Shown here: positions 15,787 through 24,834 of the stretch, one piece after another | Layout: each line of letters begins with the position of its first letter | How positions within the stretch are numbered: the first letter of the stretch is position 1 | IMG/VR virus record: IMGVR_UViG_3300013119_000806 | Location: 1-62,584 of that record | Source: a virus | Lineage: Duplodnaviria > Caudoviricetes | Length of the DNA stretch: 62,584 nt | Direction: 5' to 3' (one strand) | Notes under the pieces: model-generated | Told to the model about the DNA's origin: nothing | Seen by the model: only the letters and a program-made list of their open reading frames with translations | The model's database searches: none | Translations under genes and position numbers: made by a program

Positions 15787-16473
15787 ATGAGTATAGAGAT
15801 AGAGCAGTACATAAAGGAGACCTCATTGTCAAAAGGGGGACAGATAGCCAAGATGGGCGAGGTAGACATCGTTGTCTCCTCACCACTACCAGACGAGATC
15901 AACCTATCTCGCGTAATTCACACCTTCCACAAGTCGCTCCCATCAGCCTACTTCCGTGGCTTGGACGCAATTTACGTAATGGAGTCTCCGATATTCAAGA
16001 AGAGGGAAATCAACGCCTTCTATCGAGACGCTGCACTTTTCATTTCTCCGGAACAAGAAAACGAACAGGATCTCGTCGACGACCTCGTTCATGAAATGGC
16101 GCATCACCTAGAGACAACTCACCCTGAGGAGATCTATGGTGATACGGCATTGACGCAGGAGTTCAGGACTAAACGGAAGCAGGTCCAATTCGAATTGGCG
16201 TCAGAGGGCTACAATACACAGGGTTTAGATTTCAGCGAAGTTGCCTATGACAAAGAATTCGATGTTTACATGTATAAGCGAGTTGGTTACCCGAAACTGC
16301 GTAACCTATCATCAGGCATCTTCCTGCGCCCCTACGCCATCACATCTGTCCGAGAGTACTTCGCAAGTGGCTTCGAAGCCTACTATCTCAAGGGCGGCAA
16401 AAAAGAAGACCTTTACAGAGTGAGTCCTGTGTTGTATAATGTGATAGAGAAACTTCACAACGACGCTTTGTAA
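15787..16473 (+). CDS. zincin-like metallopeptidase domain protein
   Basis: HEMAH plus downstream YA....REYFA third-ligand motif. Confidence 0.7.
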   Translation: MSIEIEQYIKETSLSKGGQIAKMGEVDIVVSSPLPDEINLSRVIHTFHKSLPSAYFRGLDAIYVMESPIFKKREINAFYRDAALFISPEQENEQDLVDDLVHEMAHHLETTHPEEIYGDTALTQEFRTKRKQVQFELASEGYNTQGLDFSEVAYDKEFDVYMYKRVGYPKLRNLSSGIFLRPYAITSVREYFASGFEAYYLKGGKKEDLYRVSPVLYNVIEKLHNDAL

Positions 16474-16488
16474 GCAGAAAGAGGCGAC

Positions 16489-17340
16489 TTGGCTGGAAAG
16501 CATATCTCCTATTCCGAGTGGAAAAACTGGTATGTATGCCCGTTCTACCACAAACTAACATACATCGATAAACTCTCGGGTTTCGAGGGTAATATCTATA
16601 CGGCATTCGGCAAAGCCCTTCATGAGGTTTGCGAGGTGTCTCTCGTCAAAGACGCTCTTCCAGAGCAGTCAGTCCTCGACAACCATTTCAAGATGGCTTT
16701 TGTCCGAGAGTTAAAGGATCTGCCAAAGAAAGAGCAACTACGAGCGGTCAACGAGTTCAAGCTCCCCAAATGGAAAGAGCAGGGACTTGAGATCGCCAAC
16801 GAAATCTTTGGTGCGATGAAGGAGAAGTTCGGCACTTTTGGCGAGGACTGGACTGTTCTGGCTGCCGAAGAGAACCTAATGGAACCCATCCGTGAGTTCG
16901 AAGCAGAAGAGAAGGACTTCAAGGGTTTCATCGATCTTGTTGTGGTGGAGAAGAACGGCAAGGTCCACCTCATTGATTGGAAGACATCTTCATGGGGTTG
17001 GGACGCTCGCAAGAAAAGCAACAAAGTCCTCGCCTACCAATTGGTGTTCTATAAGAAATTCTGGGCTCAGAAGCACGAAGGCGAAGAATGTTGCCCGACA
17101 AACCTCGACAACATCGAAGCCCATTTTGTCCTATTCAAGCGAACGGCCAAAGTAGGAAAGAAGATCGAGTTTGTCCGTGTCGCCATCGGCAAGAAGCGCA
17201 TCCAGAACGCCACCAACGAACTCACAAAAGCCTTGACTCACATCGTCAAGAAGAACTACACCAAAAAACGAACTGTATGTGTAAGTTGCCCTGATCGCTT
17301 CGGTCAGTGTGATTTCTACCGAACCGAACACTGTAAATAG
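16489..17340 (+). CDS. PD-(D/E)xK exonuclease, Cas4/AddB-like
   Basis: ISYS...CP, FG.ALH, E..L, GFIDLV, IDWKT and QL.FY motifs; C-terminal Cys cluster. Confidence 0.88.
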   Translation: MAGKHISYSEWKNWYVCPFYHKLTYIDKLSGFEGNIYTAFGKALHEVCEVSLVKDALPEQSVLDNHFKMAFVRELKDLPKKEQLRAVNEFKLPKWKEQGLEIANEIFGAMKEKFGTFGEDWTVLAAEENLMEPIREFEAEEKDFKGFIDLVVVEKNGKVHLIDWKTSSWGWDARKKSNKVLAYQLVFYKKFWAQKHEGEECCPTNLDNIEAHFVLFKRTAKVGKKIEFVRVAIGKKRIQNATNELTKALTHIVKKNYTKKRTVCVSCPDRFGQCDFYRTEHCK

Positions 17341-17348
17341 GAGCCAAA

Positions 17349-18611
17349 ATGACGGCAAAAAAGATAAAAGTCCTAACAATAGGCGACAACCCTCTATTTC
17401 CATCAGGAGTAGGAACTCAATCAAAATATATGATTGAGGCACTTCTTGACAGCGGGAAGTTTGAAGTCATTTCATTCGCAGGGGCGATGAAGCACAATGA
17501 CTACAAACCCATCCGCACTGACAAATACAAGGAGGAGTGGACTATCTTCCCAGTGGATGGCTATGGCGACCCAGATCGCCTTCGATCCATTCTACGCTTC
17601 GAGAAGCCAGACATCCTGTGGTTTATGACCGACCCTCGTTTTTATGAGTGGCTTTGGGCGATGGAAGACGAGATCCGCCCGCTTGTCCCAATGGTTTATT
17701 ATCATGTGTGGGACAACTACCCGATGCCGACATTCAACAAAGATTATTACGATTCAAATGATTTGGTCGCATCAATCTCGAAGGTCACAAGTGACATCGT
17801 TCAGAATGTGTCGCCAGAGGTTACCGAAAAATACATCCCTCATTCTGTTGACACAAGCGTGTTCTGTAAGTTATCAGATAGTAGTGATGAGATAAAGCAA
17901 ATTGTTTCAAACAATCCTGATATCAAAGACAAGTTTGTGTGCTTCTGGAACAACCGCAACGCTCGCCGCAAGCAATCGGGGACTCTGGTATATTGGTTCA
18001 AGGAATTTCTTGATAAGGTCGGGCACGAGAACGCCACGATGATCATGCACACGGATGTGAACGATCAACAGGGGCAACCCCTTGATCAACTCATACACGA
18101 GTTGGGTATTGTGGATGGGCAGATTCAATTCTCAACAGAGAAGTTGAGCCCAGAGGACCTAAACATCATGTATAACCTCGCTGATGTGACGATCAATATC
18201 GCCGACGCCGAGGGTTTCGGTTTGGCAACTATGGAGAGTTTGGCTGCCGAAACTCCGATCCTTGTCACTATGACAGGAGGTTTACAAGAACAGGTTACAG
18301 ATGGTGAATCATTCTTCGGCGTCGGTATTGAGCCAGCATCGAAGACAGTCATTGGGTCGCCTCGTGTACCGTTCATCCACGAGGATCGTATCAACAAGGA
18401 CGACTTTCTCAACGGATTGACTAAACTATATGAAATGAAAGCCGAAGAACGCCAATCGCTCGGCAAGGCAGGTCGAAAGCACGTAGTCACCAACTACAAC
18501 TTTGAGAACTTCAAGAACACCTGGGTCAAAACATTAGAAGAGGTCCATGAGAAGCACGGATCTTGGGAAACAAGAAAAGGATATAACAATTGGGAGTTAA
18601 TCAAACTATGA
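17349..18611 (+). CDS. glycosyltransferase, GT4/GT-B
   Basis: D.P..PSGVG, NRNARRK and AEGFGLATMESLA motifs. Confidence 0.9.
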   Translation: MTAKKIKVLTIGDNPLFPSGVGTQSKYMIEALLDSGKFEVISFAGAMKHNDYKPIRTDKYKEEWTIFPVDGYGDPDRLRSILRFEKPDILWFMTDPRFYEWLWAMEDEIRPLVPMVYYHVWDNYPMPTFNKDYYDSNDLVASISKVTSDIVQNVSPEVTEKYIPHSVDTSVFCKLSDSSDEIKQIVSNNPDIKDKFVCFWNNRNARRKQSGTLVYWFKEFLDKVGHENATMIMHTDVNDQQGQPLDQLIHELGIVDGQIQFSTEKLSPEDLNIMYNLADVTINIADAEGFGLATMESLAAETPILVTMTGGLQEQVTDGESFFGVGIEPASKTVIGSPRVPFIHEDRINKDDFLNGLTKLYEMKAEERQSLGKAGRKHVVTNYNFENFKNTWVKTLEEVHEKHGSWETRKGYNNWELIKL

Positions 18612-19822
18612 AAAAGGTTTTACTACGAGGACCTGTATTGACTCGTTCTGGTTACGGCGAGCACGCCCGCTTTGTTCTCAAAGCACTACAACAGAACGAG
18701 GACTACGACATTTATGTTGAGCCTCTCAACTGGGGCAAGTCCAATTGGCTCCATGAAGACACCGAATCACGCAGGGAGATAGACTCATTCATCTATAAGA
18801 TGGCGCAGAACCCATCAAACGACTATGACATCTCATTTCAGGTCACTATTCCGAATGAGTGGGTCAATGCTGCCCCTGTCAATGTGGGTATCTGTGCTGG
18901 CGTGGAGACCGATAAAATATCTCTGGCATGGCTCCAAAAGGCCAACGAGATGGATAGGATTATCGTAACATCTCAGCACGCCAAAGACGGATTTGTCAAA
19001 ACGACCTACGACCTCAAGCCCCAGGGCGTCGACGGCGACCCAATGCCCTACACCTGCCAGACACCCGTCGAGGTGGCTCACTATGGAGTCGGCGAGGTCA
19101 AGCCCAAGCCTCTCGCTTTGGAACTCGACGACGAGTTCAATTTCCTGACGGTAGCCCAGATGGGTCCAAGAAAGAATTTGGAGAACACCATCCGCTGGTT
19201 CTATGAGGAATTTGAGAACGACCAAGTAGGTTTAGTTATCAAAGCACATTGGCTCAACAACTCCCTCCTTGACCGCCGCAACCTAACCCGCACCTTATCG
19301 TCAATCAAGAGCCAGTACCCCTCCGCTAAATGTAACACATATCTTCTTCACGGCAACCTCACTGACGCCGAAATGCAAGGTCTCTACAACAACAGCAAGA
19401 TCAAGGCATACGTTACAGCCACTCATGGTGAGGGTTTCGGTCTTCCCATCTTCGAAGCAGCCAGCAACGGACTCCCAGTCGTCGCCCCTGTGTGGTCGGG
19501 TCAAGCCGATTTCCTCTACGCACCAGTAACCAACGAGAAGTCTGGCAAAACGAAGAGCACTCTCTTGTGTGAGAAAGTCGCCTATGACCTAGCACCCGTC
19601 CAGTCTGAATCGGTATGGCAAGGTGTCATCGAACCAGGGACGAACTGGTGTTACCCAAAGCAGGACAAGTTCAAAGCATCAATGAGGAGTGTGTTTAAAG
19701 CATATGCATCTAAAAAGAAGAATGCAAACACATTGATGGATTATCTCAAAGATGAGTTCTCTATGGAAAACAAACTAAACAACCTAACAAATCTAACAAC
19801 CTTCGAAGGAGAAGAAAAATGA
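18608..19822 (+). CDS. glycosyltransferase, GT4/GT-B
   Basis: RSGYGEHAR, PRKN and GEGFGLPIFEAA motifs. Confidence 0.9.
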   Translation: MKKVLLRGPVLTRSGYGEHARFVLKALQQNEDYDIYVEPLNWGKSNWLHEDTESRREIDSFIYKMAQNPSNDYDISFQVTIPNEWVNAAPVNVGICAGVETDKISLAWLQKANEMDRIIVTSQHAKDGFVKTTYDLKPQGVDGDPMPYTCQTPVEVAHYGVGEVKPKPLALELDDEFNFLTVAQMGPRKNLENTIRWFYEEFENDQVGLVIKAHWLNNSLLDRRNLTRTLSSIKSQYPSAKCNTYLLHGNLTDAEMQGLYNNSKIKAYVTATHGEGFGLPIFEAASNGLPVVAPVWSGQADFLYAPVTNEKSGKTKSTLLCEKVAYDLAPVQSESVWQGVIEPGTNWCYPKQDKFKASMRSVFKAYASKKKNANTLMDYLKDEFSMENKLNNLTNLTTFEGEEK

Positions 19823-20031
19823 AACTATCCAACCAAGCCCTCGGCGCAATCATGATGGCGCTACAAAACAGCCTAATGGAGCAGACGGACATCGTCCCGA
19901 TCCTCCAAGCATTTGAGATGGAGAAGAGTGAAGACACCAAGCGCTGGGGCACCAAGAACGGCGAACTTATTGTCAAGAACCCACCCACCGTCCGAGCGAC
20001 CAAGGTCATCGAACTGGAAGACGGCGAGTAA
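19819..20031 (+). CDS. hypothetical protein
   Basis: ATGA-coupled to the previous gene; AGGAG SD. Confidence 0.7.
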   Translation: MKLSNQALGAIMMALQNSLMEQTDIVPILQAFEMEKSEDTKRWGTKNGELIVKNPPTVRATKVIELEDGE

Positions 20032-20306
20032 TGCCGACCTATGCCTATCTTTGTAGCGAGTGCGGACATCAGTTTGATGTCTTCCATTCCTACAAAGATA
20101 GGCTTACCGATTGCGAAAAGTGTGATACAATAGGGACATTAGCAAAAATGCTAAACAAACCCATCCAACTCGTTTCTTCGGCAACAAGAAATAAAGATAG
20201 CAAAGAGAAGGTCGGGACCAAGGTGAACGAAGCCATAGAGGACAACAAGCAAAACCTCGAAGAACTCAAAAAAGACATGTATAAGAGGACAAACCCCAAT
20301 GGATAA
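20031..20306 (+). CDS. FmdB-type zinc-ribbon protein
   Basis: MPTY.Y.CSECGH.F...CEKC. Confidence 0.85.
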   Translation: MPTYAYLCSECGHQFDVFHSYKDRLTDCEKCDTIGTLAKMLNKPIQLVSSATRNKDSKEKVGTKVNEAIEDNKQNLEELKKDMYKRTNPNG

Positions 20307-20694
20307 AGCAGTAGCCGCAGTATTGGCGACTAGCGTCATCATCAACTCAGTAGCACTATGGCACATTTATGGATTGGTCGCCCTGCTATACTGGGGGGTA
20401 ATGCTAGTCAGCGTGGGGGCTAACTTCTTCGCCGCTTGGTATGTCACAAGAACGATAAAACGGATGTCATCACACGAAGAACTGCTTGATAGTTTCGTTG
20501 AGCACCTAAATACCTACGAAGAGCACCTAGGCGGTATAAATCAGTTGGAGCTATATGTTGGAGACCCTTCTATCGCGGGGTTGATCAAGCATACCAGGGA
20601 TTTCCGCACAACTTTACTTGATTATGCCCGAATATTTTACTTGGAGGAGGAGATAGATGTCCGAGACGAAGAAGCCAGCACCGAAGAGACGTAG
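20299..20694 (+). CDS. membrane protein with two N-terminal hydrophobic segments
   Basis: Hydrophobic residues ~3-48 followed by a helical soluble region. Confidence 0.65.
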   Translation: MDKAVAAVLATSVIINSVALWHIYGLVALLYWGVMLVSVGANFFAAWYVTRTIKRMSSHEELLDSFVEHLNTYEEHLGGINQLELYVGDPSIAGLIKHTRDFRTTLLDYARIFYLEEEIDVRDEEASTEET

Positions 20695-21442
20695 GAGAAG
20701 GCGCAAGGGGACACCTGGACGACAATATTTCACACAGGCTACGGAAGATGCTATTGTCGCATATTGCAAGACAGAGGATCTCAAAGAGCGGACTGAACTG
20801 TATGTAAAGGAGATCCGCCCAGCCTTTGACGAATTGGTCGACAAGATTGTATACACCTATAAATTTACCAATCTGAATAACGTGAACGTCCTAAAAGACG
20901 ACTGTAAGGTCTGGCTGACTACAATACTAGAGAAATATGACCAATCAAAAGGGACGAAAGCATTTTCTTATTTCACGGTAGTCACAAAGAACTGGTTTAC
21001 TCATCGTGCGAAACAGCAAACAAAGAAGAACAAACGAGAAGTAGAGTATGACTCTATGGTTCGTGAGGTTGATGCCATCACAGCCACGCAGGAGTTTGAT
21101 TTCCTCAAGGAGCAGGAAGAGCAGCAGTTTTGGCTCAATCTGTTACAGGAAATAGATACTTGGAAAGATTTAGACCTGAGAGACAACGAGCGCAAAGTGC
21201 TCGGCGCTATTGAAACTCTCTTTAAGAATATTGAAGATATAGAGATTTTCAATAAAAAGGCTATTTATTTATACATGAGGGAGATCACGGGACTTAACAC
21301 CAAACAGGTCGTGAGTAATCTTAATCGTCTGCGAGAGAAATATAGGGAATTTCGGGAAAACTGGAACAATGGCGAGGAAATTAAAGATGACGACGACACA
21401 GAGCATGAGCGACATACTGGCGAAAGCTCTGGCGAACATTGA
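20657..21442 (+). CDS. phage late-transcription sigma factor (T4 gp55-like)
   Basis: YFT...E.AI..Y and KYDQSKGTKAFSYFTVV.KN (region 2-like); C-terminal HTH-like IYLYMREITGLNTKQV. Confidence 0.75.
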   Translation: MSETKKPAPKRRRRRRKGTPGRQYFTQATEDAIVAYCKTEDLKERTELYVKEIRPAFDELVDKIVYTYKFTNLNNVNVLKDDCKVWLTTILEKYDQSKGTKAFSYFTVVTKNWFTHRAKQQTKKNKREVEYDSMVREVDAITATQEFDFLKEQEEQQFWLNLLQEIDTWKDLDLRDNERKVLGAIETLFKNIEDIEIFNKKAIYLYMREITGLNTKQVVSNLNRLREKYREFRENWNNGEEIKDDDDTEHERHTGESSGEH

Positions 21443-21686
21443 TGAGGATCGCCGAGAAACTGCGGAACTCCTGCTTGATATCAAGAGTTATTTAGCTGGG
21501 TCCCAAGATAGGTACTCTGAGGTTGGCTCTACCGCTGCTAAATTCGTAGAGACCATGCAGAGATCTAATGAGCAGTTGGTCAAGATTGCTAGTTTGATGC
21601 AGAAGAAAGAGGCCGCCAACCTCCCTGAATCATTGACGGACGGAGACAAGGACGATCTATTCGACCTAATTCAGAAGGTGGAATAG
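21369..21686 (+). CDS. hypothetical helical protein
   Basis: Between sigma factor and baseplate hub; start uncertain. Confidence 0.65.
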   Translation: MARKLKMTTTQSMSDILAKALANIDEDRRETAELLLDIKSYLAGSQDRYSEVGSTAAKFVETMQRSNEQLVKIASLMQKKEAANLPESLTDGDKDDLFDLIQKVE

Positions 21687-23915
21687 ATGTCTAAGGAAAC
21701 AGAGCTACTACAGACGCAGGGGTTGTTGAATAACATAGAATCTGCACCGCAACCTGCTGTTGTGCCTGGTCGTTCGTCTGTTGTCAACGACCTACAAGGG
21801 CAGGTAGTCAAATCCCGCCAGACCGATGCAGTCTCGGGCAAACGAGAGTTCCTAGCAGTTGTTTTGCGTGATGAGAATCGATTCCAAAAGACCGCTCCAC
21901 CGATTGGTTCTCCGCAACACATCGCTCCTGACTTCTTCGGGGCGGAGACAACGAAAGTCATAAAGGTGAAGGCGTCGATTCCAGAGATCCACATTGCCCT
22001 TCCATCCCCGGAAGATCAGAATGACCACATGGTTATTGGGTTGTATCCCACATTCGTCTGTGCCCCCGAAACCCTGTCGGGGAAAACACCAGCAGTAGGC
22101 GAAGTAATCCGTGTGTCCTTTGGCGACGTCGCCACCCAATCCAGTCCAACAATCGTCGGGCTGGCTACCAGCGGGAACAAGCAATCTGGTGCTGATGGGC
22201 AAGCACCCTGTAAAGACACTGCCAAAACAGCGATGCAAACAGTCCCACCCATAGGATCACCTCTCAATGTCTCCTCGTCTAGCGATGCCAAAACACCACA
22301 GGGTCCTTTGTCGGCAGATAAAGAAAAGAATATAAAAAGGGCGATTGAGGTGGCTCGTCAGGTCAAAGCAAAGAGCAGAGTAGACATACCTGTAGAGATA
22401 TTGTTGGCATTTATGTCAATCGAGAGCAAAGGAGACGCCTCGGCTATAAGATTCGAGCCTCACATCTTTGTGGGAAAAAGCCCACAATGGATGTCAGTCA
22501 CTGGGATGATCGACAAGACTACCACCCCAAAGAAGTTCGTACCGAGAAGAGGTGCTGGTATGAGGAAGATACATGGAAGGCGAGACGCTTGGGGTGAGAA
22601 GACGGCGGGAGTCCCCTACACTCGTCCGAAGAGGTCTCCCTATTATAGTAAAAAGACATCAGAGTCCAACAAGAGTGCGTTTGAGCATGCCTTGACTGTT
22701 GACCCATATTGGGCTGTATATGCGACTTCGTTCGGAACATATCAGGTTATGGGCTTCAATGTCTTGACTGATACGAACACGAAATATACAGGAAAGACCC
22801 CCAAGAAGTTCTATGAGGACTTTTTGTCCAATCCAGAACAGGTATCGGATGAGATGATGGTGAGTTGGATATCTAAGAAGCGTAGTTGGAGGAATACGGC
22901 AAAGCACCAGCGACGCCTGAGTCCGACAGAACTCAAAAAGTTGATTAAGTTATATAACGGCTCTGGGCAGGTTGACGCTTATTACTATCGAATAGGTGGG
23001 GGACTAAAAAAGGCATATGACCAGGCATTTTTGGATGTAGAGGCATACAGGCGGAAAGATGCTGTCGATAATCCACCACCCCCACCACCACTTAATCCCT
23101 CTCGTACAATAAGAGAGCACAAAAAGGCAGTGCGAGCATCAGAGCGATCTGAGAGAGATGCTCGCAGGTCTGAACAAGACGCCGACCAACTCGCTGCCGC
23201 CACATGTGCTGCTGGTGGGGTTTTACCTACCTCTTTGTCCTCTTCTTCTGCTCCGGACCTTAAGAATGTCCGAGGTGGCGAGCGACCAAACAATCACTCA
23301 AATACAGACAATGTTGCATGCGGTCAATCCGCTCGACTTGGGGATAGTTCTTCGACAACAAATAAGAAAGATCCAAAAACTGGCAAACTACATGAAACTG
23401 ACGAGGCGTTCAGGAAGGGTAAATCGCTAGGAGAGGTTCAGATAAGAAAGATCAAGACGAAGGGGAGAAAGGCCCATAACTTCGTGTTAGAGGTCGATGG
23501 AATATTCCCATCAGACTTGGTAGAAAAGATGATTTCTTCTGCTAAATCTGATGGTATTAATTTGCAAATCAATAGTGGCTTTCGCACAAATAGAAAACAG
23601 AAACAACTTTACGACAAATTCAAGCGCACAGGTTCCCCACCAACAGCGAGACCTGGTAGAAGTAAGCACCAGTCTGGAACTGCCGTAGATTTCCAAACTG
23701 GCGGCGGAACAAGCCCGGCGTATTTCTGGCTAGTAAGGAATGCGATAAACTTCGGTTTTGTTAGGACAGTGAAGAAAGAGACTTGGCATTGGGTGTACTT
23801 GCCTAATATCAATGACACGTTCAAATATGTCCCACGGAGTCACACAGAGGGCAAGGGCGCTTGGCCATCATTTGTAAAAGACACTAATAAAGTAACTGGG
23901 AAAAAGAATGGCTAA
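21687..23915 (+). CDS. baseplate hub/tail-associated lysin with N-acetylmuramidase and M15B peptidase domains
   Basis: OB-like N-terminus (P.VGEVIRVSF); AF..IES.G, IRFEPHIF, TSFG.YQVMGFN and YNG (DUF3380-type muramidase); INSGFRT, PG.SKHQSG.AVD and ETWHW (VanY/M15B). Confidence 0.8.
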   Translation: MSKETELLQTQGLLNNIESAPQPAVVPGRSSVVNDLQGQVVKSRQTDAVSGKREFLAVVLRDENRFQKTAPPIGSPQHIAPDFFGAETTKVIKVKASIPEIHIALPSPEDQNDHMVIGLYPTFVCAPETLSGKTPAVGEVIRVSFGDVATQSSPTIVGLATSGNKQSGADGQAPCKDTAKTAMQTVPPIGSPLNVSSSSDAKTPQGPLSADKEKNIKRAIEVARQVKAKSRVDIPVEILLAFMSIESKGDASAIRFEPHIFVGKSPQWMSVTGMIDKTTTPKKFVPRRGAGMRKIHGRRDAWGEKTAGVPYTRPKRSPYYSKKTSESNKSAFEHALTVDPYWAVYATSFGTYQVMGFNVLTDTNTKYTGKTPKKFYEDFLSNPEQVSDEMMVSWISKKRSWRNTAKHQRRLSPTELKKLIKLYNGSGQVDAYYYRIGGGLKKAYDQAFLDVEAYRRKDAVDNPPPPPPLNPSRTIREHKKAVRASERSERDARRSEQDADQLAAATCAAGGVLPTSLSSSSAPDLKNVRGGERPNNHSNTDNVACGQSARLGDSSSTTNKKDPKTGKLHETDEAFRKGKSLGEVQIRKIKTKGRKAHNFVLEVDGIFPSDLVEKMISSAKSDGINLQINSGFRTNRKQKQLYDKFKRTGSPPTARPGRSKHQSGTAVDFQTGGGTSPAYFWLVRNAINFGFVRTVKKETWHWVYLPNINDTFKYVPRSHTEGKGAWPSFVKDTNKVTGKKNG

Positions 23916-24828
23916 AATAAAAGCAGTTATACGCACGGGAATACCTGAGAAGAAGCGAAAGCACAGAGATAGGCTTGGGTCTCCTGATGCTGTCGGCGGC
24001 GGTATGTTCCAGGACAAGATACTGGAATCTCATCCAAACTACAACACCGCCGCATCGGAGCAGGTAATTGAGGGCGAGAATAATACCTATATCGTACTGG
24101 GTCGAGATCGCCCGGCGGGCTTCTCTTCTGGTTACGGAGGCAAGGGAGACACGCACGCAGGACGAATAGATATAATAGCGGGAATGCAAGGTATGAACGC
24201 CGCAGAAGAGAACGCAAATGGCGAGACCCTTTTCACAGATCCTTGCATGTTCAGGGACGCAGCCAGGATATACATAAGCCAAAAGACGGATGTAGATGAG
24301 AGCTTCAAAATACATACGGGCAGGATAGGCGAAGCAAAAACGAAGTCAGCGATTGCCCTAAAAGCTGATGGTGTTCGAATTATCGGGCGAGAAGGAATAA
24401 AGTTGGTCACAGGAACAGATAAGTTTAATTCCCAAGGGGTTAAAATACAGGGCATATCAGGAATAGACCTGATCGCAGGAAACCTAGGTGATGAATTGGA
24501 ACCTATTCCTCGTGGCAAGAAATTGACATCAGCACTAGAAGACATGGTAAAGCTTGTATCCTCGTTGAGTGACATCGTCACTAATCTAACAACCAACCAA
24601 GCAAAATTGATCACAGCATTGTCAACACATACCCACATGATGACTCCTGTCGGAATAGCCTCCCCGTCTCCTGACTTCGCACCGTCTGCCACCCTGCGCC
24701 TCGTGGAGACAGCCACGATCATAGGTAAGTTGGCGGCATATAAGGCTAATTGTGCCACCCACAAGATGAATCACTACAACCCGATTGGCAAGAGATACAT
24801 AAACTCTCGCTACAATAGCACGAATTGA
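23908..24828 (+). CDS. baseplate central spike (gp5 C-terminal-like)
   Basis: IVLGRDR, RIYISQKTDVD and KADGVRIIGREGIKL beta-repeats; HTH (His-Thr-His) metal-binding tip motif. Confidence 0.65.
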   Translation: MAKIKAVIRTGIPEKKRKHRDRLGSPDAVGGGMFQDKILESHPNYNTAASEQVIEGENNTYIVLGRDRPAGFSSGYGGKGDTHAGRIDIIAGMQGMNAAEENANGETLFTDPCMFRDAARIYISQKTDVDESFKIHTGRIGEAKTKSAIALKADGVRIIGREGIKLVTGTDKFNSQGVKIQGISGIDLIAGNLGDELEPIPRGKKLTSALEDMVKLVSSLSDIVTNLTTNQAKLITALSTHTHMMTPVGIASPSPDFAPSATLRLVETATIIGKLAAYKANCATHKMNHYNPIGKRYINSRYNSTN

Positions 24829-24834
24829 CATAAA

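Noticed and set aside
16489-17340. Cas4 as evidence of a CRISPR system
   Set aside because: Solo Cas4/AddB-like nucleases are common in phages; no cas1/cas2 or array is present.
20299-20694. Holin
   Set aside because: It has hydrophobic segments but lies far from the endolysin and has no specific holin feature.
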